Source: Trypanosoma brucei (Eukaryota). From it: a stretch of 64,000 nt of DNA. The notes beneath the pieces are model-generated. The model saw only the letters and a list, made by a program, of their open reading frames with translations. It was not told the DNA's origin and searched no databases. Below, piece after piece: positions 43,437-55,895 of the stretch; position 1 is the stretch's first letter; each line of letters begins with the position of its first letter. The stretch spans positions 416,001 to 480,000 of the forward strand of contig CP000067.1 in the NCBI GenBank assembly GCA_000002445.1. The letters run 5' to 3'. The translations under genes and the position numbers were made by a program.

Positions 43437-45758
43437 TCAAGAGAATGAAGTACGATTGGCCCCCAGTAGACCCCTCCGCCCTGCAGCAGTTGCAACGCTG
43501 GTGCCGCTTCCAGCGACTACGATGCCGGTGTTGGGATTACAAAAGGAGCGTAGAGGACCTGATCCACTTCCTCCTGACACTATCATTGCCCGCCTCACCA
43601 TTCCGCATACAAATGAGCGAGGCGGCATCGATGGGTGAGTGTGTGACAACAACTGAACCGCCTGATCATATGGAAGAAAACTCGGAACCCCCTTAACCGT
43701 TAGAGGCGGAAATACCCGACCATCTTTAATGGTGATCGCTTCAGGAAGCTCTTCTGCCTTCATCGCATCCATCACAGTAACGAGTGGGTCACCGGTGGAG
43801 TCACGCGCGAGTGCTACCTGACCACCATTCATGAACGCTAACTTGAAGTAACGCTCCGCTATTTCTATTTGTAACTGCCGTTGCAGAGCCATCAGTAAAC
43901 CTCTTGGGTTATGGTACGCAGTTGCAGTTAGACGGCTCATCGGGTTCCATCCCTTCAAGTCAAGTAGTGCCACAAGAAGTGCCTTTCCAACATCTCCAAA
44001 CATTGCAGTGGTATACCGAGGACATGTCCCATTTTGCTGCACTTCAGCCTCCTCAACTGGTGAATTCATGAGAGCTGCGACACCGTTAAGAGCGTTTCCC
44101 ACGACATGAGAAGCCTCAATCGTGTAGCTATGAATCATACCGGTTCTTTGATATAACGTCACTCGGCTAGAATTGTCGCGACCCTCACCCGTCTTTCCCG
44201 TAGCAAACATGTTCGCCTCAGAGAAGTTGCATGACTGAAATTCAAAGTAAGGTGTATTCAAGGACACAAGCTTTGTGTACAAGAGGCATTGCAACAGCTC
44301 CGGTGCATCCATCGAGTTCCCATAGAAGAACATCCCGCGCTTGTTGGAGTGGGCGTGCATATCAATGAACAAGGCGAGTTTCCCCTTTGTTTCGCTGAGG
44401 GAATCCAACAAACCTCTAATATGATACGGTGCCGGGTGACGACGCTTAGATGGTGTTCTATATGCGCGGTTAAGGTTCACACCCTCTGTGTCGACGCGTG
44501 TGTGACCACGTGCTACACCATCGGGATTAATCATTGGCACAATATAAAACACAAAGTGTGAACGCAGCGCTTCTGCACGCGGGTCACCTTTGTTAAGAAG
44601 GAACTCAATGCAGCCGTGCATCATGTGGCTCGACGGGCATTCCCCCGGATGCACACGCGCCGTGAGAACAACAGCGAGCTTTCCAGAAAACAAGTGAGGG
44701 CGGGACGTCTCACCCCGTACAGAAGAATACGGTGCCTCACCGTTGCTAAATAGAGGAACACGTTTCTCAGAAACACCAAGATAGTCCGTGATGGTAAGCA
44801 AATCAACGTTCAATCCATCTAATGACTTACACAATATCTCATGAGAGAAGTATACGTCTGTAGTATAGGGCGTAGCCTTGCCGCTTCCAGACAGTTCACT
44901 AACATCCGTGGTATCCATAATTCCAGAGGCCAGCTGCTTCCAAACTTTAATGTTTTGTTGCAGAGTTGTATAGGAATACGGATGATTACTGGCCACGTAG
45001 ATAGCTGGGCATTGCGGATGACCTAGCGGATATGGTGACTTGAGAGGTGTCTCAGCATCAATGCGGACATCGAATGTTAAGTTCATTGCGACATATTGAT
45101 CCTTCTTTTTCTTTTTTGTTCCTGTTTGCCCACCAGCAACCGTTAGATCGTTAATTTCTGGCATACCACCTTCTGAGCAACCCTTCGCCTCGGCATCCTC
45201 ATCGCCACCGTACGCCTCCGGTTCCCCGTCACCTCCCTTCTTTGCCCAAGGTTTTAACACAAATCCCGGGTAGCCGGGCGTTGGTGGCATCACTTCTAAT
45301 GGCGTAACGATAGCACGACCGGGAAGGCGGCAGTACTGCGGTTTCCCTGGGCAGACGGAGACGACGGGCATCCAACCGTATGTAAACATTTTGCAGTGCA
45401 TCATACCCACAAAGGTAAAAGCAAGTACGCAACCTTTGGTTCCACCACGAATGGCAAAGTGAAACCACTGACGGTTGTTGGTTTGCTGAGGGGAATTACC
45501 ACAGTCGGGAGCAGTGTACATCAGGTAACGAAAAGGTCCCGTGCGTTCAACCTGAATCAAATTCCCGCTGTCAAATTTTGAGGAGAACGAAAGACCATCT
45601 TCCGGGAACTCAAACTCCCGCTGGTTGTTTGGTGGTGGTGAGGGCGCCCAATTGGCTGGATCCTCTTCCCTGGCGTCTCCCAACGCCGTGCCACGGGCCG
45701 CCCCCGCAAGCGATTCACTGTTAATAAGACTTTTCTGCACCTTTGCTTCTACCATCAT
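43437..45758 (-). CDS. Cytosolic carboxypeptidase (M14 family, Nna1/CCP-like; candidate tubulin deglutamylase)
   Basis: N-terminal CCP-type beta-sandwich domain ("FSSKFDSGNL...WFHFAI"). M14 zinc-carboxypeptidase motifs: "TARVHPGECPSSHMMHG" (HxxE) and "FIDMHAHSNKRGMFFYGN" (second His ligand). 773 aa. Confidence 0.8.
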   Translation of the reverse strand: MMVEAKVQKSLINSESLAGAARGTALGDAREEDPANWAPSPPPNNQREFEFPEDGLSFSSKFDSGNLIQVERTGPFRYLMYTAPDCGNSPQQTNNRQWFHFAIRGGTKGCVLAFTFVGMMHCKMFTYGWMPVVSVCPGKPQYCRLPGRAIVTPLEVMPPTPGYPGFVLKPWAKKGGDGEPEAYGGDEDAEAKGCSEGGMPEINDLTVAGGQTGTKKKKKDQYVAMNLTFDVRIDAETPLKSPYPLGHPQCPAIYVASNHPYSYTTLQQNIKVWKQLASGIMDTTDVSELSGSGKATPYTTDVYFSHEILCKSLDGLNVDLLTITDYLGVSEKRVPLFSNGEAPYSSVRGETSRPHLFSGKLAVVLTARVHPGECPSSHMMHGCIEFLLNKGDPRAEALRSHFVFYIVPMINPDGVARGHTRVDTEGVNLNRAYRTPSKRRHPAPYHIRGLLDSLSETKGKLALFIDMHAHSNKRGMFFYGNSMDAPELLQCLLYTKLVSLNTPYFEFQSCNFSEANMFATGKTGEGRDNSSRVTLYQRTGMIHSYTIEASHVVGNALNGVAALMNSPVEEAEVQQNGTCPRYTTAMFGDVGKALLVALLDLKGWNPMSRLTATAYHNPRGLLMALQRQLQIEIAERYFKLAFMNGGQVALARDSTGDPLVTVMDAMKAEELPEAITIKDGRVFPPLTVKGVPSFLPYDQAVQLLSHTHPSMPPRSFVCGMVRRAMIVSGGSGSGPLRSFCNPNTGIVVAGSGTSVATAAGRRGLLGANRTSFS

Positions 45759-46614
45759 ATTACTATATTCGTACAGACCAGTTTGTTTGCACCGTTTAAA
45801 GTTCTCTCTGTTCTCCTTCTTTTGTTTTACCTCTACTCACACTTAAGTACTTTTGTTGTTATAACTTCTACTTTCTGTTACTTAACCCCTCGCCTCCTCC
45901 AATGAACGGGTCGACGTGATTAATTATGGCTGCGGCTCACAGAGCCCCTCCAAGTTACGTATGTTTGTGCCTCCCTTTTATCTGTTTACCTACCTACCTC
46001 GACGTGTGGAACAAGTTGTGTGGATGGAGTTGGTCCAAACAGGGGAGTGAAAAAAAAAAAAAGAGCTCTACGCGCAGAGAAAAGAGAATGATGAAGTTTT
46101 AGAAGCGAAATACCAAAAAGCACGTGTGGGAAAGTTGTCCCACGCTACCAGTTTGGGAGCAACGTTACACATACGTTCTTCCTACCACTTGTTGAACGAA
46201 ACTTAAGGTAGTAATAAATCCTTTTACGTTTGCATCCCCCTCTCCCTTACCGCTGTTGTCCCTCTTTGCTTCCAGCTGAGGTGAGGAGGGACCGAAGGCG
46301 AGCTTCACAACTTCACCACCCATACTTAACGCACCACTGAGTACCAAAGAATAGGCAAAGCCAAAAGAAAGTGAAGAAAAGTGGTCCACGGACTAAAAAA
46401 AAAAAGGTTAATCGACACCACTCACCTCATTCATTTTTCCATAACAATGTTGCCACTTCCCTGACGTCTTCCCTCCTCTTGCGTCCTGGTCGCGGGTATC
46501 ACATAAACCTCAGTTGTTTTTTTTTTTTAAATTAACCCAGCGTCGTGCAGAGAAGGGAAGCATGAGGATTGGGAAGAAAGGACAGCGAATGGAAACAAAC
46601 ACCAATAGACATAC

Positions 46615-48351
46615 TTACTTACGCCAACCCCAACTCCACTTCCAACGCGACCCCTCATCGGCGGCCTCCGCCCCGTCTCCTTTTGTTTCGGCGGCCGCGG
46701 GGGCCTCGCTTGTTGGGTAGTCGACATACGTGGAAGCAATATCCACAAAAACAGGTTTACACGGCACTGCCTGATAATCTGGTGGAAACTTAATGACATT
46801 GTGCGCTACTGCCACCTCATCACCCGCATCTACAAGGTAGGGCACAAAGGCCTGTCGCTTCTTGTTTTCCTCTCCAATCCCCGCCACGGAAGACAACAAA
46901 GTTGATGAGGCGAGACGAAGTGCGGATTTCTCCACGAGGAGGCGCAAGTTCTCTACAGTTGGTGTCGATGGTATCCCGTCAAGAACTGACAGAGCGGCCT
47001 TGTAGCAATTTTGAGCCCGCTCGCTCTCCTTCGTAATGCGCCAGCTCTCCCCTAAATACAGGAGTTTGCCCGCACGGCATAAGGCAGAGTTTTCTTCCAC
47101 GTCAGATCGACCATCGACACCGGGTAGCATTTCCATATCTCCAATCGTTTCCAACGCCGCATCGTAGAGGCGAACAATCTCCATGGGAGAGGCGTATTGC
47201 GATGGCTGGATTTCCTTTCGGCTCTTCCCACCAGCAATACCACCAGTGCCAACTCCGGAAATTACGCTAACAGTGCGGGCGCTGCGATCAACGTTATTGC
47301 CACTAAGGCATTTCTCCGTTGCATGAAAACGGCGCGCGTGCACCTCCACCATGAAAAGAGTACGCTGCAACGTTTCGTATGAGACTTGGAATATCAAGTA
47401 ATGCACCAAAAGTTGTAGCTCCGTCTTTTGTTTCTCATCCGAAAGCGTTCTCAAGTCCTTGCGGGCATGAGCTAAGGCGTCATTAAGAGATCCAATGCGC
47501 CGGTCCATAAGGTCGAGTGCTCGGTTCTGAAGCCCGACGGGAATGAGAGAACTGGCCTCAGTCGCCTTCGCCTTTGCTGCCTCCACATTGACCGCCCGTG
47601 CACCCCGCAACGCATCCCTCACTTTAATCGAGGCAACATTTAGCTGCCGGTTATTCCATTCGATGGTAGTGGCGCCAATGCTTTCGGGAGTGTCCTCGAG
47701 GCTAAGGTTTGGTTTGTACGACGAGGGATCCTCACCCAGTCGAAGCATGCAGAACACCACGCGATCGTCCAACTCCGTTACCTTCGAAAAGATAAGCGAT
47801 AGCTGCTCAGGGTTGCTACACTTCCGCAGTTCGTAGTACAGCTCACGGGAATCACGGAAGTGGTCCCTCGCCTCTGCCATTAGCCCATGTGCTGCAGCCG
47901 CACGTCCCTTAACTTCCAGTACGTAAGCCGAAACCTCTTTCTGAAGTCTCTCATTTGCAACAACCTGCGCAATGGCCTGCAGCTTCGTAGCCCACTTTAC
48001 CGACTTGTTCAGCCGCTTCCTATATTGACATTTCGGTGGAATACCGCCAGGAGGCTTTGCCTCGGTCCCTTCAGCACTGCTGGCGGTGCGATGTTTCTCC
48101 TGCATATCTTCCGCAGCCGCCCAACATCTCTCTGCACAGAGAATCAGCAGTTGCAAGTGCTCGGGCTTCGTCGCGTTATGAGGCGTAACTTCCTTCTGTT
48201 GGAATTTCTTTGTATTCTGCAGCATTCCAAGCTGACTACGAAGTGTTGAGAGCCGATTCGTGGTGTAGCACCGGTAACGTGCATAGTCCTCGGCACGCAG
48301 CCCATGTTGGAGTTGAATCTCCTTTAGGAACAACAGTAGATCAAAGTCCAT
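46615..48351 (-). CDS. SRP68: Signal recognition particle 68 kDa subunit
   Basis: N-terminus "FDLLLFLKEIQLQHGLRAEDYARYRCYTTNRL" parallels human SRP68 "[31 protein letters not shown]". "LLILCAERCWAAAEDMQEK" parallels "LLLVLMDAERAWSYAMQLKQE". The C-terminus "VIKFPPDYQAVPCKPVFVDIA" parallels "LVHFPPGFQPIPCKPLFFDLA". Start at "MDFDLL" (ATG at 48351); the upstream MQPTHIHTHT translates a (CA)n tract. Confidence 0.8.
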   Translation of the reverse strand: MDFDLLLFLKEIQLQHGLRAEDYARYRCYTTNRLSTLRSQLGMLQNTKKFQQKEVTPHNATKPEHLQLLILCAERCWAAAEDMQEKHRTASSAEGTEAKPPGGIPPKCQYRKRLNKSVKWATKLQAIAQVVANERLQKEVSAYVLEVKGRAAAAHGLMAEARDHFRDSRELYYELRKCSNPEQLSLIFSKVTELDDRVVFCMLRLGEDPSSYKPNLSLEDTPESIGATTIEWNNRQLNVASIKVRDALRGARAVNVEAAKAKATEASSLIPVGLQNRALDLMDRRIGSLNDALAHARKDLRTLSDEKQKTELQLLVHYLIFQVSYETLQRTLFMVEVHARRFHATEKCLSGNNVDRSARTVSVISGVGTGGIAGGKSRKEIQPSQYASPMEIVRLYDAALETIGDMEMLPGVDGRSDVEENSALCRAGKLLYLGESWRITKESERAQNCYKAALSVLDGIPSTPTVENLRLLVEKSALRLASSTLLSSVAGIGEENKKRQAFVPYLVDAGDEVAVAHNVIKFPPDYQAVPCKPVFVDIASTYVDYPTSEAPAAAETKGDGAEAADEGSRWKWSWGWRK

Positions 48352-49051
48352 TGTGTGTGTGTGTATGTGTGTGGGTTGCAATCTCCTATATCGGGTTTAA
48401 TATGCTTTTCTTACTTCCCTTTGTTGTACTTTTACCTTTCTTATCTTACCTTACTCCAACCTTCTTGTCCTGGTGCGGGTGGACTCCACAACCCACGACG
48501 TAAACGCGGGAAAATACAAGGCAAGAGAAACAACATAAAACGGGGCAAAGGATTTATTAATGAGTAAAGGATGACAGTCGTCCTCACTGCATAACGAACA
48601 GAACAAAAAAAAAAATGTGATTCAACACTGACCCGGTCAACGGGACGGGGAATCACATTTCTTCTTTTTTTCTTTTTGTACGTTTTTTGTGTGATTTTTT
48701 TTTATTTGTGAAATTATTTTCCGAAACAAAAAATAAAATTGAAAAGTAATTAAGAGAAGTCTTACTCCATCATACTACCCCGTACAGGTATGGGGACCAG
48801 TGCAAGCGGCAACAAAGAGGAAAGAAGCCAAAAGAGAGAGAGAGAGAAAGTAGGGAGAGAAAAAAAGGGAAGGAACGTTCAGTGATTGGTATTCCTCCTC
48901 CCCCCCCCCAAACACACACACACACACGCATATTCCTTACCTATTTCACTTACCCATTTCTTCTTCTTCTCATTATTATTGTTTTACCTTTCCCCTTCCT
49001 CTTTATCCCTCTCTGGCCATTCCATGTATGTATGCCCAACAGCGCCTTCTT

Positions 49052-49555
49052 TTACTTTGCCTTTGTCTCAGCGCCCATCTTGCGGAGGGCAATCTTGAAG
49101 GCAATGGTGTCTGCCACCTTGCGACCGAGTTTAGTAACACGATGTCCAGCTCCCTTGCATTTCTCAAGCAATTCCAACTTGGTAAGGCTCTTGCAACACC
49201 AGTGAAGGAGACCTTTTGAAGCGCGAGTTGTAATCTCAGGACGGCTTCCGCGGTTTTTCTTGCTGGAGAAGCGCTTACTGAGGCCACCATATCCCACACC
49301 AGGGCGCAGGTACACCGCACGGAGCACAGCGGCGCAACGGATGTAATACCAGTCGGGATTCTGCGGGGCGCGCTCGCGGCCGTGTGAAGTCTTGACAATT
49401 TCTGCACAGTTTGGTACCATCATTTTACCCTCCTGCTTGAAATGTTGGCTGCAGATCTTCACCCAGCGCCATGGGTGAACATCACGCAGAGTCGCGCCCT
49501 TCTTCTTTCCGATGCGGCGGATCTTGGAATTAGCCTTTGTGCGAGCGACAGCCAT
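49052..49555 (-). CDS. RPS19: 40S ribosomal protein S19e (with N-terminal basic extension)
   Basis: "LRDVHPWRWVKICSQHF...APQNPDWYYIRCAAVLRAVYLRPGVGYGGLSKRFSSKKNRGSRPEITTRASKGLLHWCCKSLTKLELLEK" aligns to eukaryotic S19e ("[25 protein letters not shown]..."). Confidence 0.8.
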   Translation of the reverse strand: MAVARTKANSKIRRIGKKKGATLRDVHPWRWVKICSQHFKQEGKMMVPNCAEIVKTSHGRERAPQNPDWYYIRCAAVLRAVYLRPGVGYGGLSKRFSSKKNRGSRPEITTRASKGLLHWCCKSLTKLELLEKCKGAGHRVTKLGRKVADTIAFKIALRKMGAETKAK

Positions 49556-51175
49556 TTTTTTGCTTGTTAAACTCGGGTTTGACGGTGTAAAGATGCGCGA
49601 GCTGCGAGACGAGAACTTCTCTCTTTTATTTTTATTTTGTTATTGTTTTTTTTTTGCGGAATTGGAAAAAAAACAAACAAACAAACAAACAAATGGGGTG
49701 GGGAAAGTAGCAAAATTATTAGCAAGATATATATATATATATATGTGCACACATTTACTTACAAGTATGATACGCATACCGCAAGAGGAGGAATAACATG
49801 TTATATATAGGGATTAGAAACTCGAATACGACGAGGGCTATATATATATATATATTTCTTTTTTCTTTTATTTTGACGGCAGATATTTAAACCAAACAAA
49901 GACAAAATGGATAGAAATATATCATCATAACGCTGTTACTTTTTCTCTTTTTTTTTTTTGGTGGCGGAGAAGAGGGGGAGAGGAAAAGGAGGGGGAAGGA
50001 TTAGGCATGGTAACACCACCACCAATAAAAATAACACTAACAACAAACGAGAGAAGGGAACACGGCAGTGAAATTGGTATAAACTTTAAACAAACACAAT
50101 TGCACATATACACACGGAGGAAGAGGGAAAAGAAGAAGAAAAGGAAAAGTGCCAGAGCGGACGAAGCATATATATATATGCATATATATTTAAAAAAAAA
50201 CAGACATGCGCCACCCATCATAATCCAACGAACACTCAACACTAAAACAGTGTTCCATCCGACATTACTTAACTAATAAATTCAGGAAATGTGTTTATGT
50301 GTTTGTGTGTGTGTGAGGCGGAATTATCTGAACTAATGCCACAACTTGACTGCATTCCCTGAAGACGGAAAGAAATTCAACCACCAGATGGAAATAATAA
50401 CGAGATTATTATTATTTTTATTTTTTGTTAATTTTCTTCTTCAAAAAAAAAAAAATTAGATGAAGTAACAAGAAATTAACCATAACAATGAGTTAACATC
50501 ACTACCTCTCACTGATATCATCATCATGGTAATAAACATAATTCTTTTATCTTTTCTTTATATATGTATATATATATATGTATTTTTTTTGAATTAAGTT
50601 TTTTTTAAAAAAAAAAAGAAACAAGGAGAGAAGGAAGGAAAGAGATGGAGAAGAGTGAAATGATATGCATATATATGTATATATATATATATATTTTTTT
50701 TTTTGAATTGCATATTTGCGTACACGGGAAGCAATGGATGGGAAAGTAACGTGGAAAATAACTTTTCATATATCTATGTATGCAACATTTATTTATTTAT
50801 TTACTTATTCTTTTTTTTTCCCCCCCTCTTGCATTTTAATTAAGGCAGCGGTGTTATTACTATCGATAACAATAATAACAGAGAAAGACTGAGTTGAAAA
50901 CGGCCCTCCCCCCCCCCCACCACCTCACAACAAAAACAAAAAAAAAACAGCACCAAAAGTAAACAACGACGCAACCCGGAGAAAATGTGCTCAATGCTTT
51001 CAAATATATAAATAAATAAATAAATATATATATATATATATTACCCCGCCCCTCTCCCTCATGCGCTAAAGTTGTAAAATGCAAAAAGCATGAGAAGAAG
51101 AACAAAAGGAACGAGAATGAAAAGGAGGAAGAAAAAAAAAAAACAGCAACAACAACAAAACAACAAAGCAGAAGC

Positions 51176-51199
51176 AATAGCAATAGCAATAGCAATCGA
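51176..51199. repeat. (GCAATA)n hexanucleotide repeat
   Basis: gcaatagcaatagcaatagcaata. Confidence 0.85.
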
Positions 51200-52187
51200 G
51201 TTGGATCTCGGGGAAAATATTTTTTGAAATGGAAAAGACAACGACAACAACAAAAACATTACCGAGTTATTTATTCGTAATCAATGAAGAAAAGGTAAAA
51301 CATGGTTGTTGTTATTGTTGTTGTTGTTTTTTTTAAAAAAATTGAGGGGCGGAATCAGCAAAAAAGGAGGTAAGAGGAATAAACGTTGGCCGGATGAAAC
51401 ATGATTTCGTGTGATGGTTGAAGAGGCACCTCCCAAGCCACCAGCAATAACAATAACAATGAAAAGAAAAAGGAAAAAAAAAGAAGACATAACTACTTGA
51501 AAAAAAAAAAAAGAAAAATTCAAAACTTGAAAAAAGCATTTGGTCATACTACTAAAGCAAAAGATTTTCATTGGCCTCTGCTGCAGAAAAACCTTTTTAA
51601 AAAAAAAGAGTTAAATACCCTCCCCTCCTTTTTTTTTTCTCCCCACCCCACCCCACCCCACCTGCTCCAAACTCCTTTTATTCTCCCTATTCTTCATTGG
51701 TTTTCTCTTCTGCGTGGCTTACTGGTTTTTAGTCTTTTCTCCGTCTTCGGCGCGCCGTATTCCCATCATGAAAAAAAAAAAATTAAAAAAAATTTTCTAT
51801 ACTTGTATTTATATGCTTACTTATATGTATCGATGTATTCGCATACAGTCAACATCAATGTGTTGATGCTTGTTTTCCCTCCCTTCTTTTTTTTTTTGTA
51901 CGCCTCTTGCCACATACTATATTCTTTTTGTCATGCCTCACCTTTCTTTTCTTTTCCTTTCCCCCTATTATTATTATTATTATAATTATTATTTTTTCCC
52001 CTCTTTTATTTAATTTTTTTTTTTTGAAACCTTCGTTTTCCCTTTCCCCATGACTTCTTCTTATTCCCATCCCTTCTCTTCTCTTCTCTTCTCTTCTCTT
52101 TCCTTTTGTTCCCATTCTCCTCACAGCATCCAATCAACTCATCTCAAGTGTCTAACAATTGTTCCCTCAACGCCCGACTCATATCTT

Positions 52188-53498
52188 TCAACTGTCACCT
52201 GAAAAGTAATGTGCGAAGGCAAAAGGACTCAAACACGCAACGAGATTGTCACTTCCCCCCCTCACGACCGTATCGTAAACGTTAAATTCCAATTCCACAC
52301 GATCTTTCCCCGCTTGCACCTGCCCTCGTAGAAGTGCCACCGCCCCCTTATTACCATGCATTCCACAATAGTTTGGGGCTGAGAAAAGAGTTAATACGAG
52401 ACCACCGTGACACCACATATAACCCTCACGGGCGCATTGATGACCGCGCAGGATGAATTGCATTCCAGGTTTCATCTCTCCTATTAGTTGCCTCTTCGAG
52501 GGAGGAAATCCATAACTGTAGTTGCGGTCAAGGAAAGACCTCGTGACGTCTGGCCCGAATATGAAACCGCAGCCCCGATTATTCATTTGACATCCACTAA
52601 CTTGGTCTTCCGGATCGGACCACAATAAACCATCTATCACGAGGCGAGCCTTCGCTCCAGGGCCCTCCAACATGTCATCGCCCCCCCTCGATGTTGGAGT
52701 ATAAAATGTGTCCTCAAAATCATCCACCATGCCGTACTCATTACGGCGGAGTGATCTCAATAGTGGAACTGACAAGGTGTGAGGGCTGAGACCACCATGA
52801 GTGCAGAAGAACATACCTGAAGGACAGGCCACAACAGCAGCTAATGGCAACCAACAAAACACAGTGTTGTATTGAAGCCATGTGCTACTCGTTATATCCA
52901 CGCTAGCTGGCCCGCGATCTCCCGTCCCCTCTAATTTAGACTTGCATTCCTGAAAGAAACCATAGAGGCGGGATGTCTGCGCCTCCTCGTGGTTGCCACG
53001 CAATAAGAAGATGTGCTCGGGGTATTCCACCTTTAGTGCAAATAATAAAGTGATGACCTCCAGGCTTTGAGGCCCGCGGTCCACATAATCGCCGAGAAAT
53101 AGAAACTTGTATATCTCTGTGGAAGGTGATCCGCGACCGTCCGTTGCCTTAGTGTTGTTGAGGTTTAACTGAATAGAGAGTACATTACTGAGCATATCTG
53201 CAAATTGACCATGAATATCACCGACAATAACCAAGTTGTCTTGTCGTGGTATGGCAATCTCTAGCACCGTGTTCTCACTTTCAAGCACTTCCTTCGTGTC
53301 TTGGCATAAAATACCGGCCTGCGCAGCGCCACGGGGAAGTGCATCAACGATGGAAACACTTTGCAGTAGGTCCGAAATCAGCTGTGTGTACTTTCCTACA
53401 GCAGGTGGCGTGGTGCTTGGTGGATAAAAGTACACCAGTTCCTCCAAATTCCCTTCCTCTTCTTGCATATGTTGTAGAGTACTTATCGTTTGAATCAC
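52188..53498 (-). CDS. PPP-family Ser/Thr protein phosphatase (kinetoplastid-type with inserts)
   Basis: Metallophosphatase motifs "GDIHGQ", "FLGDYVDRGPQSLEVITLLFALKVEYPEHIFLLRGNHE" and "HGGLSP". A C-terminal "SDP...GCGF.FG" region is present. Confidence 0.8.
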   Translation of the reverse strand: MIQTISTLQHMQEEEGNLEELVYFYPPSTTPPAVGKYTQLISDLLQSVSIVDALPRGAAQAGILCQDTKEVLESENTVLEIAIPRQDNLVIVGDIHGQFADMLSNVLSIQLNLNNTKATDGRGSPSTEIYKFLFLGDYVDRGPQSLEVITLLFALKVEYPEHIFLLRGNHEEAQTSRLYGFFQECKSKLEGTGDRGPASVDITSSTWLQYNTVFCWLPLAAVVACPSGMFFCTHGGLSPHTLSVPLLRSLRRNEYGMVDDFEDTFYTPTSRGGDDMLEGPGAKARLVIDGLLWSDPEDQVSGCQMNNRGCGFIFGPDVTRSFLDRNYSYGFPPSKRQLIGEMKPGMQFILRGHQCAREGYMWCHGGLVLTLFSAPNYCGMHGNKGAVALLRGQVQAGKDRVELEFNVYDTVVRGGSDNLVACLSPFAFAHYFSGDS

Positions 53499-53539
53499 TC
53501 ACCCACTGTGCCCAATATGTGTCAATACGCGTGGCTAAG

Positions 53540-53543
<4 letters not shown>

Positions 53544-53570
<27 letters not shown>
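53544..53570. repeat. (TA)n microsatellite
   Basis: tatatata run immediately upstream (on the coding strand) of the PPP phosphatase gene. Confidence 0.9.
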
Positions 53571-55895
53571 ATGTGTAGATGTAAGATACAGGTGGTACTG
53601 CGTCGGAGTGGAGGATGCTTTATTAATGAATAACCAACGACGTTCAGTTACCGACTTTTGCTCCCTGCTTTACTGTCGCTTCTTATTTTAATTAATTTAT
53701 TTTTTCCCTTTGCTCTAAACTCCTCCTTTGCTCTCCTTTTCAACTTTCCACCCCTTCCCTACGGGCACGGGGCGTGACAAAAGCTGAAGGGTTACGGACA
53801 AGTTTCCCCCTCTTGACCAGAGGTGATGCGTTCTAAACTGAGCAAATAACAGGAAGTTTGGGGGGAGGGAAGGGCACAAAAAAGAAAAAAAAATAATAAT
53901 AATTAAAAAGAAAAGAAAAGGGAAAGAAAAAGGAAAGAAGAAAATGCTGAGAAGAGATGCAAACAAATGGCAATGATGATGAAATAAATCAAAATGAAAA
54001 AGGAGAGAAACACGAACAAGTGGGTTTCAACAGAAAGAGAGAGAGAGAGAAAGAAAGAGAAAGAGGGGAACAACTCGTTTGAACAAATGTGTAATTGTAA
54101 GAGGGGAAAAAATATATTGATATGACGTTGATTGCGGCAGTCGCTGAAAAAGGAACTCACAAATTCCTCAGAGGTGAGATTTGGGGGCGCAGCATTACAC
54201 AACAACAAGTAACGACTAAATGGTATGAAAAACGTCTTATGTCTTTTGATTTATTTATTTATTTATTTTTCTTTCTTTTTTCTTTTTCTTTTGACAAAAA
54301 GGGGAAGAGTTCCTTTATTCTCTTTCCCATCGCTTCCTTTTCTTTTGTTCCTTCTCCACACGCTCACTCCAACGTAACCCTCGTCCCTTCATCATCTTTT
54401 TTTTTTCCAACAACTGAAGGGAGAAGTGCACAAGTTGAAAAAAAAAGAAGAAAGAGTGCACGGCGCCTCCCAACACAATGCCCCACACTGTGCCATTGTC
54501 AGAAGAATAACAACATTAATAAAAACAATAATAATGGTGATGGTAACAACAACGGTAACAAAAATAAAAACTGTTATAATTATAAATATAATAAATATAA
54601 TAATAAAACAAAAAAAGAAGTGTTGTGAAAGGGATTATGACATGCAACAACTCATTACCCAACCATCACCAAAGAAAAACAAAACAAAAACACACACGAA
54701 CATGACAAAAAGCACAACATTTCTCCGTAAATACAAACAGTCCATTCCTAAAAATGTTATGACTTTTAATCATTACTTATCGTCCCCTTTTCCCCCTTTT
54801 TCGCTTTTCCCATTTTTTTTTAAAAATTACTTCATTCCACTTCGCCAAACCCGCTGAGCATAACAAAACTACGATTGGTCATACTCGTCCCCGCTCACCA
54901 AAAAAAAAAAAAACAACAACAACAACACAAAAACACACACACGAAGCAGGCGCACAAACAACGATGATACAAATAAAAAGAAAAACGAAAAAAAAAAGAA
55001 AGAAGAAAAAAAACACACACACACACGTAAAGAGAGGAAGGGATTATTACAAACTCAAAAAAAAAAAGGAAAAAAGACACATCATCCTTTCTTTTTCTTT
55101 TTCGTTTTCTTTTTGTTTTTCTTTTTTTCTTTTCTTCCTTTCCCTCTTTTCTTTTTCTGTGTCTCGTCCTGCTCATAACAGCTGTAACGGAACAATAATA
55201 ATAAGAATAACAATAACATTAATAATAATAATAAAGAAGTGCTTGCGACACTACACACAAGCACACAAAGATGAATATATATATATAAAAGAAAGACAGC
55301 AACGATGACACGGTAAAAAAAAAAGGAAAAGAAAAGAAAAAAAAAGGAAAAAGGGATTTAAAGGAAAGGGAAAGGAAAAAAATGATGATAAGGAAGGGAG
55401 AAGAAAAACCAAAAGGATGGTAGAAGCCATAAAAATCGTTGTTGTTGTTGTTGTTGTTATTTTTAACCACATCAGTAAAGGGGTAAAACATTAACAACAG
55501 TAACAGTAATAATAGCAACGGAAAAAGATGAAAACGGAGGGGGAAAAAAAAGTAGGAAGATGTGGGAATCTTCAAACCTTCTCCTTTTTTTACCTTTTAT
55601 TTCTCTTTTTCTCTTTCTCCTCCTCACCTTTTTCTTTTTTTTTTTAAAATCACTTCCGCTCAATTTCATTATTATTATTATTATTATTATTTTGTTGGTG
55701 CTGTTTTTTTTTTCTTTTTAAAAACTTCCTTCCTCCCTTCCTTTTTTCCTTTTTTTTTCTCGCTTATTCATTCGTCCTCTCATTCTCCCTCTCTCTTTTT
55801 TTTCTCTCTCTTTCCCCCCCCTTCACATCTTAACCATAAATCACTCACTCATTCACACGTTCACAACCAAACAATTCCTTTCAATATCTCCGCCT

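Noticed and set aside
49003-49407. 134-aa minus-strand ORF overlapping RPS19
   Set aside because: It is an alternative frame of the RPS19 locus. The S19e frame has clear homology, and this frame gives an Arg/Ala-rich peptide with no recognisable features.
54122-55575. Plus/minus ORFs of 110-170 aa in the 53.5-57 kb spacer
   Set aside because: Poly-Lys/Asn/Phe peptides from homopurine and homopyrimidine tracts. No start context or complexity.
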